This document shows positions 32,174 through 43,995 of a DNA stretch of 64,000 bases, piece after piece; positions within the stretch are counted from its first letter, which is position 1, and each line of letters opens with the position of its first letter. The stretch is taken from the NCBI GenBank assembly GCA_032718475.1, contig JAUCBJ010003629.1, positions 21,485 through 85,484 of the forward strand. The letters run 5' to 3'. Source of the DNA: Nemertoderma westbladi (taxonomy: Eukaryota; Animalia; Xenacoelomorpha). A model generated the notes under the pieces. It ran no database searches and was not told the DNA's origin. It worked only from the letters and a program-made list of their open reading frames with translations. Made by a program: the position numbers and the translations under genes.

Positions 32174-35167
32174 CTAATGTTTTAAACAAAGGTACGAAAC
32201 GTATCGGCTTAACCACGCAGTTCTTTTACAAATTGTCAGCCAAGAGGCAGACGAATTTAGTAATTTGTCATAAATACTGCATGACTCTAATGCCAGCGAC
32301 GGTTGTCCGCTAACTAATGGAAGTTTCGAATCCAAACCCGCAGGTTTGGAAACCAAAGGATCCATTATGTCGGTCATTTTCTGTCCGTCACTTACCAACT
32401 GTGACTCCGGTTTAGTCTGTAAGGGTGGTTTTATGTCATAACTTACCCTTCCTGACCTAGTAGTCACGTAAGTCTGTTGGTCTGACAGGTCTCCGGGCCG
32501 CTCCAATGACTCTTCAGGCCGCTCCAATGACTTAAGTTTGGCTTTAGACTTCGACTTAGAGACTTTCTCCACCTTGACTTCTGCATCTTCAGGCATCGGA
32601 TTGGTCACTATCTTTAGTCGCTCTGGCCAATGTTCCTGTGTCCTTGTTAGAAAATCAGGTCCATGCAACCAAAACTCCTGCGACTCTTCCCGACAGAATT
32701 CCGCCGGCATTGCACCTCTCGAAGTTATGTCGGCCGGGTTCAACACTCCCGGACAATGTCTCCATTGTTCCTTCGTCGAAAAATCAACGATCTGAGCGCG
32801 TCTATTGGCCACAAATGTCTTTAGTGCAATATTGTCGGCCGCAATGTATACTAACACCAAGGATGCGTCCGTCCAATAGAATAAGGTCAATGTCGTGTCT
32901 AACTCCTCTGTTATCTGCTTACTTACCTCGACTGAAACTACAGCCGCCTGTAACTCTGCACGAGGGACAGTCATGTATTTGACCGGCATTGTCTTTGATC
33001 TAGAAGTCACAAAGGCCGTCTCAAACTTGTCGTGACTTACCTCTCGGCGAAGGTAGGCTACCATACCAAAGCCGGTGTCACTTGCGTCACTGAATAGATG
33101 GAGTTCGAGATCAGCTGGGAATACCAGCTGATTCGGAAAGTAGGAACGGGGTACTTCTATATTTTTCAATAGATGCAACTCGGCTTCCCACTCCCTCCAC
33201 TGCTTTGCATGTATAGGAGATATTGGTTCGTCCCACTCTAAGTCGGACAACCAAATTTTCCTCATGCACGCTCGTGCCTGTAATATTACCGGACTGATAA
33301 AGTTCATCGGGTCAAATAGTCTACTTAAAGTCGATAAGCAAATTCTCTTTGTCAAAACTTTGTCTGGGCTACTGGGCTCAAATCTAACTCTTACCTGGAA
33401 CTTATCCGAGTTCGGATTCCAAGCGAGTCCCAGTACTCGCGCCATGGGGATTGGTTCTACCCCCAATTCTATGTCTCCGCTCCCGCGATCTTTTACCGGG
33501 AACGATTCTAATAGGGCCTCCGAATTAGTAGTGAACTTGGTCAGAGGAAATCCCCCTGTAGCCAAGCACTCTTGCAGGCCGTGAGCCACTTCTATGGCTT
33601 GTTCCGCTGTGTCCTTGGACACCAATCCGTCGTCCATATAGAAGTTTCTCAAGATGGACTCGATTACTTCTACTGGGTACTTACCAATCTGGGCTGTTGC
33701 CGTTTTCTTTAGAACGAACAGCGTGCCATTCGGACTATCGCGGGCGCCAAATATCCTAACGTACATTTGGTATGTAACCACTGGGCCGGATAAGTCTTCA
33801 TTCTCAAACCAGAGAAATCGAAGGCTATCCTGGTCTGCCTTACAGGCTCTTACCTGGTGGAACATCGCCTCGATGTCACAAGTAAATGCGAATCGCCGCT
33901 GTCTAAAACGCAACAGTATTCCAATCAAATAGTTATTCAGGTTGGGACCATCCATCAACTCTGAATTCAGGGACATACCTCTATAGACTGCTGCGCAGTC
34001 GTTGACTACTCGGACTTTGTCTGGCTTGTCAGGGTGAGTCACATAGTGGTGTGGAAGGTAATAAGTCTGGTCTGTCACTAAGTCAGGGTCCTCTACCTTC
34101 CCAGCAAATCCCTTGGCGAAATAGTTGTTGATCTGGGCGCAATACTTCTCCCTAATGTCCGGATTCTTCAACAACCGAGCCCTTACTCCGTTTAATCTTT
34201 TCAAGGCTAAGCTGTAGTTGTTCTCCAACTTAGGTGGTTGTCGACGCCACAACATTCCAACTTCAAAATGTCCAGTCGGTAGTAGACGTATGGTGTCTTC
34301 CATCATCTCCAACGACCGTTTTTCATCAGTAGACATGGCTAGGTCATATCCACCGGGTTCCATTGCGTCCCTATCCAGCCATTCGACAGTTCTGGCTCCT
34401 GTCTCGAGGTCCTGGCGTATCAATTCCTTCTGTAATTCCTCCTCACTGTATTGGAAAATGTCTAGGTCTCGATATTTAGCCACTTGACCCTCCACTATGT
34501 CTGTATAAGTCAAAACGTTAGTCAGATAAGTAGCGTGGGCCGCTGAACCAGACCCACGGGTCTGATAACAGTAGTCCTCGGGTTCACTATCTGTCCGGTC
34601 GTTGTGAAGCGGTTCCGACAACCTAACATTATCGGGAATCAACTCCTCGTCCGACTCGCTAAAGTCACTATAGTGGTCAATACAGGTTCTCCTAAACTCG
34701 TCTATGTCTGGTGGTTCTACTAACGGTGGTTGAGTTATAGGCTGTAATTCATCGTATCTGTCCATTGGCTTGTCGCCACCTGTAAACTCATAAGACATAG
34801 GTACTCGTGTATACCAACCTAGTATAGTCCTATGGGCATGTGGTCCATTGACATGCGGCTCAGCTGGTCTCGTTTCCCATATCTGGTGTGCGATCAGCTG
34901 TTCTGCACCAATCAACATAGAAACATTCCTATAACCTACCTGATGTCTCGGTATTCTGAGCTTGTCAAAATACTCCTGTGCTATGGGACTCATCGGCGGC
35001 ACCTTACCTAACTGCCTGCCGAATCCCTTCATAGCTAGACACTTACATCCGTCCAATGGCAAAGCTTTCCGTTCTTGTCGAGTGTGTTGGTCTCTCGGAA
35101 GTAGGGAATCTAGTTCTACCGAAATTCTGTGTCCCTTGAGGTCACCTACTCCGTGCATAGACTTCAA
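32174..35167 (-). CDS. Bel/Pao reverse transcriptase and RNase H
   Basis: YLPHHYVTHPDKPDKVRVV, DIEAMFHQV, FYMDD, LFSDAS, PRAELQAA, WTDAS, NPADITSRG. Confidence 0.97.
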   Translation of the reverse strand: MKSMHGVGDLKGHRISVELDSLLPRDQHTRQERKALPLDGCKCLAMKGFGRQLGKVPPMSPIAQEYFDKLRIPRHQVGYRNVSMLIGAEQLIAHQIWETRPAEPHVNGPHAHRTILGWYTRVPMSYEFTGGDKPMDRYDELQPITQPPLVEPPDIDEFRRTCIDHYSDFSESDEELIPDNVRLSEPLHNDRTDSEPEDYCYQTRGSGSAAHATYLTNVLTYTDIVEGQVAKYRDLDIFQYSEEELQKELIRQDLETGARTVEWLDRDAMEPGGYDLAMSTDEKRSLEMMEDTIRLLPTGHFEVGMLWRRQPPKLENNYSLALKRLNGVRARLLKNPDIREKYCAQINNYFAKGFAGKVEDPDLVTDQTYYLPHHYVTHPDKPDKVRVVNDCAAVYRGMSLNSELMDGPNLNNYLIGILLRFRQRRFAFTCDIEAMFHQVRACKADQDSLRFLWFENEDLSGPVVTYQMYVRIFGARDSPNGTLFVLKKTATAQIGKYPVEVIESILRNFYMDDGLVSKDTAEQAIEVAHGLQECLATGGFPLTKFTTNSEALLESFPVKDRGSGDIELGVEPIPMARVLGLAWNPNSDKFQVRVRFEPSSPDKVLTKRICLSTLSRLFDPMNFISPVILQARACMRKIWLSDLEWDEPISPIHAKQWREWEAELHLLKNIEVPRSYFPNQLVFPADLELHLFSDASDTGFGMVAYLRREVSHDKFETAFVTSRSKTMPVKYMTVPRAELQAAVVSVEVSKQITEELDTTLTLFYWTDASLVLVYIAADNIALKTFVANRRAQIVDFSTKEQWRHCPGVLNPADITSRGAMPAEFCREESQEFWLHGPDFLTRTQEHWPERLKIVTNPMPEDAEVKVEKVSKSKSKAKLKSLERPEESLERPGDLSDQQTYVTTRSGRVSYDIKPPLQTKPESQLVSDGQKMTDIMDPLVSKPAGLDSKLPLVSGQPSLALESCSIYDKLLNSSASWLTICKRTAWLSRYVSYLCLKH

Positions 35168-35169
35168 CT

Positions 35170-37239
35170 CTATTTGGATCTCCTCGGCGTCCTGGAAGGA
35201 CGCCGAGCTTGTCTCTCATATGATCCCTCTTCCGGTTTAACCCGGAAGTTCTCCGCCGAACTGGGTCGGCGCTCCGTCCGCGTATTCCAAACCCGCGGGT
35301 TCGGTTCGCCAAATACTCGGCCCGTCGGAGTTTCTTCTCTAAATTCTCCGTTGTCACGTTCGGTATACAGTGGTGCGGCGTTCCGATGACGTAGATCCTG
35401 GGCGATGGGTGAAGCACTAATACCAACTGGCGTGCGATATGTAGAGAACGGTTTAACGATCCGTGTACTCGTAATAGCTGGACCGGGTATAGGAATTCTG
35501 GTCGTCGTTGACTCGCGTATAGTCGGAGTTCTCGCTTCCTGTTCGGCCTTCTGCAGTGCGAACAGTTCTCGCAACTCTGTCCCCACACTCGCCCCACATT
35601 CTTCGAGCATTCGCATCCCCTTCTCGGCGATTTCGTTCGCCTTCCTAGTCCGTTCTTCGCTCTCTAAACTTAATCTCGCACTTTCCAACTGCGCCAGTTT
35701 ACGCTCTTCTTCTTCCCTCGCTCGTCTCGCTGCGCTCTCTTCTTCCACTCGCGCCTTTTCTTCATACAATGCGCGTCTTCTTTTCTCGATCTCGAGTTCG
35801 CGTTCCTTGCGTCCGCGTTCGAGTTGAAGCTCGCGCTCCTTCTGTTCACGATCGAGTTTCTTGCGCTCGCGTTCGGCTTGGAGTTCGCGTTTCTTCGCTT
35901 CCTGTTCGCGTTCGAGTTGGAGTTCGCGTTTCTTCGCTTCCCGTTCGCATTCAAGTTGGAGTTCGCGTTTCTTCGCTTCCCGTTCGCATTCGAGTTGGAG
36001 TTCGCGTTCTCTCTGTTCGCGTTCGAGTTCCTCGCGCTCGCGCTCGGCTTGGAGTTCACGTTCCCTTTGCTCGCGTTCCGCTCGCTCGCGCTTACTTATC
36101 TCTTCCAACTCTCGTAACTCTGCGTCCAACTTACGTGTGCGCTCCCGTTCCCGCTCGGCTTCCTTCCGTGCTTCCTGTGCACGCAAAACTTCCGCCTGCT
36201 GTTCGTCTAGTCGGCGTCTTCTCTCCTCCGCCGAGTTGTGAGAAACAAGGGATCTAGCACATATTACCTTACCTCGCGCGTGACTAACCTGGGAATCGCC
36301 GCTGTCTCTAGATGCGTCGTCGGGTGGAGTCAACGTCCTCTGTTGAATGTTCTCCGTCGTCGGTAGCACCTGGCCTGGTACCACCACTCCATTCTGCATC
36401 AGCCAGCTAGTAACTTCCCTCTGATAACGGCGCTCTTCCTTATCTTGGATCTCTTCTCGCTCCACTAACTCTCTCAACTCTGCGTCACTCACTTGAGTCG
36501 CCTGCGTTTGTGATGCCCATAGCAGCCAGTTCTCCGTCCTAACTCGTCGGAATCGCTCCGATAACTCGCGGTGCTCTAACAAGGCTGCTAAAACCCTGTC
36601 GTAAATCCTCGTTGCTACGTCGCTCGACTGAGACTCTACTGCCTTCTTCGCTAGGACTGCAAGCTCCTCTGTCTGCTTGAATAACGCTGAGTTATATCCT
36701 CTTCTAATCTCTACTAACTCTACCCTCCCGATGTTCGCTGAATCAGCTAACATCTTCCTTACCTTGTCCGCCGTCCGAGTTATATGTCCGGCATGCGCGC
36801 GAAGTTTCTTCTTTATCGCGATATCAAGTTCTCTCTCGCTCACCTGACTTACGCTCGGTGGACTTGAAGGATTATTTCGGGAACTACGGGTACTCCTAAC
36901 AGCCGTCGGGACCACGGCACTTACCATACCCACAGGTCTGGAAACCGGGCTCCGGGCTCTCGCTTCTGCTACACTACCCTCCCTATCACTCACCTCTGTC
37001 CGGGTTGCTGTGCAATCCTTCCTTACGGTAGCGGTAGGGGATCCTAATACTATTACCTGAGGCTGCTGTTCTTCCTCACTAGTCACTGTCTCGTCCTCCT
37101 GTTCACTTACGTCAGCGTCACTCGCTGCGTCGTCATAGTCGGCATTGTCATCAACAGTAATATTTACGCTATCGTCAGTCGGCGGTCCGGCCGCCGTCTC
37201 ATAGCTGTCCTCTAGTGCCTCTTTGTCTGAGACACTCAT
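35170..37239 (-). CDS. N-terminal gag-like coiled-coil ORF of element 2 (no recognisable capsid, zinc knuckle or protease)
   Basis: First ORF after the 5' UTR; KKKLRAHAGHITR helix and E/R-rich 11-aa repeats; ends next to the pol frame. Confidence 0.75.
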   Translation of the reverse strand: MSVSDKEALEDSYETAAGPPTDDSVNITVDDNADYDDAASDADVSEQEDETVTSEEEQQPQVIVLGSPTATVRKDCTATRTEVSDREGSVAEARARSPVSRPVGMVSAVVPTAVRSTRSSRNNPSSPPSVSQVSERELDIAIKKKLRAHAGHITRTADKVRKMLADSANIGRVELVEIRRGYNSALFKQTEELAVLAKKAVESQSSDVATRIYDRVLAALLEHRELSERFRRVRTENWLLWASQTQATQVSDAELRELVEREEIQDKEERRYQREVTSWLMQNGVVVPGQVLPTTENIQQRTLTPPDDASRDSGDSQVSHARGKVICARSLVSHNSAEERRRRLDEQQAEVLRAQEARKEAERERERTRKLDAELRELEEISKRERAEREQRERELQAEREREELEREQRERELQLECEREAKKRELQLECEREAKKRELQLEREQEAKKRELQAERERKKLDREQKERELQLERGRKERELEIEKRRRALYEEKARVEEESAARRAREEEERKLAQLESARLSLESEERTRKANEIAEKGMRMLEECGASVGTELRELFALQKAEQEARTPTIRESTTTRIPIPGPAITSTRIVKPFSTYRTPVGISASPIAQDLRHRNAAPLYTERDNGEFREETPTGRVFGEPNPRVWNTRTERRPSSAENFRVKPEEGSYERQARRPSRTPRRSK

Positions 37240-38663
37240 AGTCTAAATAATGTTTGCCTTCCGGCAAAATCTCGCAAAAGTTCGAGATATAATTATAATT
37301 TAACCGAAATACGGTCAAATTATTTGTCAAATAATCAGTTGGTCCAAATGTCAAATAAATTCGCAATGCAATATTGTGAATTTAATGGGGTATATAGTTA
37401 TAGCAAATACTAGCACAATATTTAAACAAAATATTATTGTATAGCTACTATATAGTATTAAATACCGGTATAGCACAAAATAACTCTGAATCTAATACAA
37501 AATATTCAAAATATACTTGCCACCCGAATATTTCTAATTTTATATATATAGCTCCAATCAACGTAATTTTAATTTCAAATATTATATGTATCCACTAGCG
37601 CGTGGCTACATCTTCGGGTTGCGACTCTCTCTAACTCTCTCTCTAACTTGAGCGATTCAAAAAACCATGGCCGGCTAAACCTAAATATCCTAACTAATAA
37701 ATTGAGTTCAGCTTCGCAGTTAAACAACCGGTAATTTTTTACTGCTTCCACAAACACAGTGGTGCCAACAGATCAACTAACCTTGTTTGCTGTGAGATTC
37801 CACGTCCGCGTCCAAAGATTCAGGCCCTTCGCTGATTGCAAACCGAACCCGCAGACCCACACGAACCCCAAACTCAGAAGTCCCGTCTTGCCATGTATCT
37901 CCAGATGGTATAAAATAACTAAGCGGTTACCTAACATACCGGTACAAAACTCTAGAATTTTACAAAATAATTTTGACCGAAAACTGAATTCTCGCAAACC
38001 TAGCTAAAATTTTCAAAAAACTTACTAATTACTGTTTGCCCTAAGGCCTAAGGAACTGCTGTATTCGCAATTAGCAAAACGCACTACCGTACATCCACTG
38101 TATGCAGCACAGTAAGTAAAACAGTACACCAACCTAACAGCCTAATGATACTGTGTGTGGTACGGCAAACAAATGTCCTTCTACCGTACGCAGTAACAGC
38201 AATCAGCCTAATGTACTACTGTACTATTGTACGCAGCCAGTGAATACAGTAATCTAAACTAACAACCTAATAGAATAAACTCAATGTCTTACTGTACGCT
38301 AGCCTATAGCCTACAGCAGACGATCACGTGCTCTAAACTTATTGCCTAATACTATAATACTACTATCAGCCTAAGAATACACTATTGACCGCTGCAAGCA
38401 ACAGCCAATATCGCGTACTACTGATACGAAGTATCAGTAATCTAAAGTAACAATAATCTAAGCTAACACAGCCTAAGAATACTCTATGTCTCACCGTACG
38501 CAGTACAGTACCTAATACAGTAATCTAATTCGTATTTACTGTACGCAGTACAGCAAAACAAAACGCGTATTACTGATACGAAGTATCAGTAATCTAAATT
38601 AACAGCCTAAGAATACTCTATTTACTGTACGCTACAGCCTACAGCAAACAAAGCGCGTATTAC

Positions 38664-40842
38664 TGATAAACAACCGCGACCTCTATACTAACAGCAGAAC
38701 TGTTGAACAGACCAATACCCGTTAATATCCTTCTGCCAACCTAATAAGTTCTCGTCTAACCAATAAGACACAAAGACTGCTCTACTGTTAAGTAAAGGGG
38801 CTCAGGAGCGTGATATTACTAAATTGTAAGGGTTGCTAAATACAAACCGCTACTTACCGTTAGATGGCGCTAATCTGCCGTCCGCTAATATATTTTACTA
38901 AATTTACACAACTCCTGCAAAATCGCTTGTTCCTTTCTCTACCGATTGCTCGATAGAGAGCTAACTGTTCGAATCTATGAGCCACGCAGGAATAACCAAA
39001 ACAATAAACCCGAGTCGGCTCCCTAAGCTTACTTAAGACGAGTGCGAGAGGCCTTGCACTCAGAGTATTCTTACGCCTAATTCTATCACTATTAAAGCAC
39101 GCTATTACCTACGTCTTTCTAATCGCGAATACTGGAGGTTCCCTAACGTAATGTGTGAATGCGAGAATATTTAAAATATCAAAATGGTACAGTATCTGTT
39201 TCTACGTGGATAATACCACTCCGAGTCTAAAACTGCCCGCGACTGGCTTTAGGCCAGCAAAATTACTAGCGTATCGTGCGTACCGAATAGTGCGTTCTAG
39301 CTGATTGCCCGCTAATGCAAATAACCGCTCAGCGTGAATAGTTTACAGTACACTAATTATTACCTTAGCTACTCTCCGCTATGCTGCGTACTAATTCTTA
39401 ATTTTTTACTAATTATTTACAGTCACAAATATTTAACAGCGTACTAATTACTAAGAGTTCCAGAATACGTAATTCTAATTTATCACGCAACAGGTTTCGC
39501 TAGTAATAGCCTAAATTGCCGTATTACTTTGACCTAATCAATAACTAATTATTGTAACTAAGAAATAGAAATCAATCAAAGGAAAAAGAGCGCCTATCTA
39601 AGCATTCGTAATCTTAGGCACACTTCAATAACACACCAATCAGCGTTAGAAATCACAGTTTACAATTGTGCAATTCACTACTCGTACTCCACACTCAACG
39701 TTGCAACACGCGCAGGCCTCTCCCGGGTACATCTAGGATTCCTAACTAACCCAATTCCTGCCCCCCTAATACTAAATAGAGACAAAACCTGGATCATCAG
39801 CCCCCTAGATACTGTACCGGCGATCGGTCTGCGTGCCGCAGTGCAAGATACCCGCCCGCAACGGTGACCCTGGCCAGCGTTGCCCGCTTTGAATCCTCCG
39901 CTCTCTCCTAGTCGCTCAACCCCCCGATGCGCCCACTGCCCACTGGCACCTTAGCCCTCCATGATGCTAATAGCTACCGTAGCGGCGCATGCAAATCACA
40001 AAGTCTGACAGTCTCAGGAATCCCTTGGGATTATTGCGCAGAAAAGAATCACATAGAACCATCAATCAAAGGTAGAAATCATAGTTCGATTGTAATTTGC
40101 AGTAATCGAAGGAATTATTGAGAAACACAAGCAAAGTAATCGTACTAGCAAATCATTCCAAGAAATTAATCAAAATTAGCAAATTGCAGAAAATACGATA
40201 TCCTAATACAAAATTAGAGACAGCTCAGCAAGTAAATTGTAACAGGGGTGTGTCATGTAATAAGGCATGAACATATGAACAACAAAAGGCCCTACCGGCA
40301 CACCGCCAATTTATAGGTGATCCCGATGGGGTGATGCAATAAGGTGACTCAATCGCTCTCCCATTGGCTCTCCAGTCCATGCTAGCATTAAACCAACCTG
40401 GAAGCAGTTAATCCAATAAGGAGACCGGATTGTAGCCCTATGCCCTCAAATTATTACCATATATGGTAATGGATCACGTCTCTGGCTGCTGAATGGCCAG
40501 GACAGCGTCCCTATATGCTAGCACTATCAAACTAATATCAGCAAGCACAAAATCCAGGGTCCGAGTAAACTCGCTACCCTGGAACTATCTACATATATCC
40601 TAATACAAAATTACGTAGGTAGGGCTACATACTATACAAAATGAATGGATGCAAAATATATGGGCGTTTTAACTTCCTTACCTAAATGTCACCACACTGC
40701 GCCTTATCTAAATAATTATACTGCACAACGGACTAATATTACGTACAGTATAACGGACTAATACTGCATACTGCATAATGGACTAATACTGCATACTGCA
40801 TAATGGACTAATACTGTGGATACAGCGCCATATACCGTAACA
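38664..40842 (-). repeat. 5' LTR of element 2
   Basis: Direct repeat of 22368-24546. Confidence 0.96.
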
Positions 40843-42829
40843 CTGGGGGACCATTCTGGTGGAATGCTTTGCCATTAAATCCTTCGTTATTCTCAGCAAA
40901 ACATGATACCAATTCATATATTTCATCTTGTAAAAAGACATCCTTTTTGCCTGTTTATGAATGGGCATATTGTACTGTATACTGTTATTAAATGCAGTTG
41001 GGACCTTATACTGTACTAGGTACTGTACTGGGTTGTAGATATATGATATCTTTAAGTTTGGAAACTCATCTGACAGTTTCAGGGAGTTGTTGTTGGAGTA
41101 TTACTAGGCAGCCACAGTATTCCCAACCAATCACACCAGCACATTCCAGAATTGTGAACTTGTATGCTACTAAGACTGAGTGGCCATTTGCAACATTTAC
41201 TATAATGGAACCTAAACGGGCATTTAATTAACGGATTCTTCAGGACGATTGTGGTCTGGCCTCTGTTAAGAGAGTGATACCTCTGTTACTTGGGATATTA
41301 ATTGAGCATCTTGGCACCCGCTCCAGACATAAAGCTCGTTTAAAAACCATTTGCTTTTTATCACAGAATCATTCCCAATTTGAGAGCCGGTAAATCCAGG
41401 ACACGTTCGTGGGGCCTTCGCGCAGCACGAGGCCCAGTTATTAGATACAAATTAAAATTGAGCGACTGTATCACAAAATCAGGTTTTGAGAAATTTACCC
41501 ACACCACCAATCAATCAAAGAAAGGGGGACAGTACGTGTTCACCCCTTTTAATCCTCCCCCCCCCCCTCCACCCTTCCCAACCACCAATACATAACCGGG
41601 ACATCTACCACACACGGAAGGGTAGCACGAACTTATTTCCAATCGCACGTTAAATATGCAAAGCCAGGTGGTTTATAGGAATATAATAAACGCAGTACTC
41701 GTTTTCATTATAAGCCTCTTTGCGTTCGTCCTGTTTTGTATTTAAATATATTTCTTAAACGCAGGCTAGGACGATCTTTATAATAATAATAACTAGGGAT
41801 GCGATCAATATGTGAAGCCAGGTGGTTTATATAATAATTTAGTCAACGCAGTACTCGTCTTCATTATATGCCTCGTTGCGCTCTTCGCTTGTCCTGTTTT
41901 GTCATAAAATATTTTTCCTAAACGCAGACTGACGATCTTTATACAGTTATAACTATGCGAAGTTTCGAAACTGTGCGAGTAACTGTTGATACATTTATGT
42001 GGAGATGTGTGATATGTGGAGATGTGTGATACAACGCCAACGCATCTTATGCCGATGTAGTAATATGGGTATTGAAATAATATTAAATCAATGTACACTC
42101 TTAAAGCTGCAGCGAAAAAATGTAGCTAATTTCCTAGGTTACATATAAAATAATAATATTATTTTTAAGAACATCAATTTTACTACTTTGCAAAAATTCA
42201 ATTAAAAAATAACCAGACATATACATTGTGGAATAAACTATTTCAGAAGCCTACACAACAGCCATGCCATGGATTGTATTTATGTTATTATATCTGTCAT
42301 TTACCTGAGATAGCAATACAACACTTATAGTAGAGTCAATACAGGAAGGATGTTGGGATGTTGGATTTCAAGAATGATGTCTGGGCTGGAATAGCAATAC
42401 TGGTTGCCTATTACAGTACAATTCCTCTCTGGTTAGTCTACAGCCACAACTCCAAGCCAGCTAGCTCCACACCAGCAGAGACTTGACCAATAATCATTCC
42501 CAGCAAATAGCTGCCTTACACACACATCCTTCCATCGTACCAGCATGTTAGCCAATAAATGAGCAGTATTTAATGAGAATCAATTTTTTATGACGTTTTA
42601 ATTACTTTAGATCAATTAAAGACACAATTAATAAAGCAAATCACTTGAACTAATTAAAAACTATAATAGAATGGCGTATGTGGATTACATCTGTATAATT
42701 TTTAAGTATAATTATTTAAATCTTATACTGTAAAACAATTAATTTCCTTTAAAAGGCAGGTTGAAAATGGTGTTTTTACCGTAATCAACTTAATTAACTA
42801 ATTAACTGCTATTATCTTAGCTTCTCGAA

Positions 42830-43045
42830 GGCCACACGGAAATTCTACTTGGAAAATTTCTAAACTTTTGCCAAACAACATGTGTACCAAGTTTGGATAG
42901 ATTTCATCAAAGATTGGCTGAGTTATTAACGTTTAAAATTGGACGCGACAGAACGACAGAACGACAGAACGACAGAACGACAGAACGATAGGTTGATTAA
43001 TGGTACCACTACGCTAAGGCTCACTCACTTCGTGGCTAGCCCACA
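42830..43045. repeat. Short interspersed repeat with (GACAGAAC)n microsatellite, possibly a Helentron/DINE-like non-autonomous element
   Basis: accaagtttgg/tttcatcaa core, 8-bp tandem at 42947-42988, short GC-containing 3' end. Confidence 0.45.
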
Positions 43046-43094
43046 ATCAACTATATGACTGGTAGAAACTCACAACTGACAATGTAGTAAAGGC

Positions 43095-43995
43095 AATGCC
43101 ATACAATGCCTATGGAATCTGAAGGCATTACTGCTGGCATTTGGATTGTTATATTGTGACACAGAAGCTCAGGTACTCTCAACAGATGTTGAAACTAAAT
43201 TCTTCTCAATCCTGGCTTACTGCAAGGTGACTTATTGGCGCCATTAATATTCATAATTGTACTGGATTATACAATGAAGACGGCCACAAAGGGTGAAGAC
43301 CTGGGATTCACACTACAAGAACGCAGAAGTACCAGATATCCGGCAACTACAGTCACAGACACCGACTTTGCGGATGACATCACCCTGCTCTCTAATACGG
43401 TAGCAGATGCATAGCTTCTACTAAATAAAGTGGAGAGGGCTGCTAAGGAGGTTGGATTGCATATAAATGCTACCAAGTCTGAATTCATAACTTTGAAGCT
43501 AGTGGAAACTTACCAGAATTTATAATAATAAACTAAGGAAGGTTGACGACTTCCAGTACATTTGTTCATGGATCAACCTTTGTGTAGTGGTTGCATTGAA
43601 TTCACATTTCCTGTAGGTCGTGGGTTCGATCCCCGCATGGGCCAGGGCATTTTTCGTTTCTGCACGAATGCTTTAAAGGGACCAGAAAAGGGCGCATCTC
43701 TGCCTTGCATCCTTAATTGGTAGCTAAATGAGTACTGGAGTTTCCTCCGGGGAGTAAAGTTCTGGGGGACCGCACTGGAAATGAGTCGTCAGACTTTGTG
43801 CGTAATCCCTGGCCTAGCGGCCGAAGAAAATTTACTTTACTTTAATTAACTTTTACTTTTATGGAGAGAGAAGAGCAAAAAAGACAGAAGTTAGGAAGGC
43901 AAAGGAAAATCGGGAATACTGGAAGGATATCATTTCCGCTAGTAGTACACTAGTGGTACACTAGTCCAAACTTCACCTAGTAATAGTAGTAGTAG
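43095..43995 (+). pseudogene. Truncated, internally deleted copy of the RTE at 45472-49026
   Basis: Nucleotide similarity to 48000-48520 and to the 3' end, with a (TAG)n tail at ~43978-43996. Confidence 0.88.
43573..43860 (+). mobile_element. tRNA-derived SINE inserted in the RTE fragment
   Basis: A box tgtagtgg, B box gggttcgatccc, central gccttgcatcct...taaatgagtac segment resembling Deu/Nin-type SINE cores, (TTTAC)n tail, atgga on both flanks. Confidence 0.75.

Larger units (their letters stand above)
22368..40842 (-). mobile_element. Bel/Pao LTR retrotransposon, element 2 (18.5 kb; pol plus exonuclease accessory ORF)
   Basis: 2179-bp LTRs (TGTTA...TATCA on minus), 5-bp TSD CTGGG (22363-22367 and 40843-40847), PPT-like TTGGAGCGG next to the 3' LTR, RT-RNase H-integrase order. 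Confidence 0.97.

Noticed and set aside
35405-36257. Antisense RS-rich and hydrophobic ORFs
   Set aside because: Shadow frames of the 33-bp coiled-coil repeats in the gag-like ORF
41080-41231. Next GPCR exon (CWSITRQPQY...TP resembles the loop after DRY)
   Set aside because: No acceptor in the needed phase giving R-Y-W, and no hydrophobic TM4 follows
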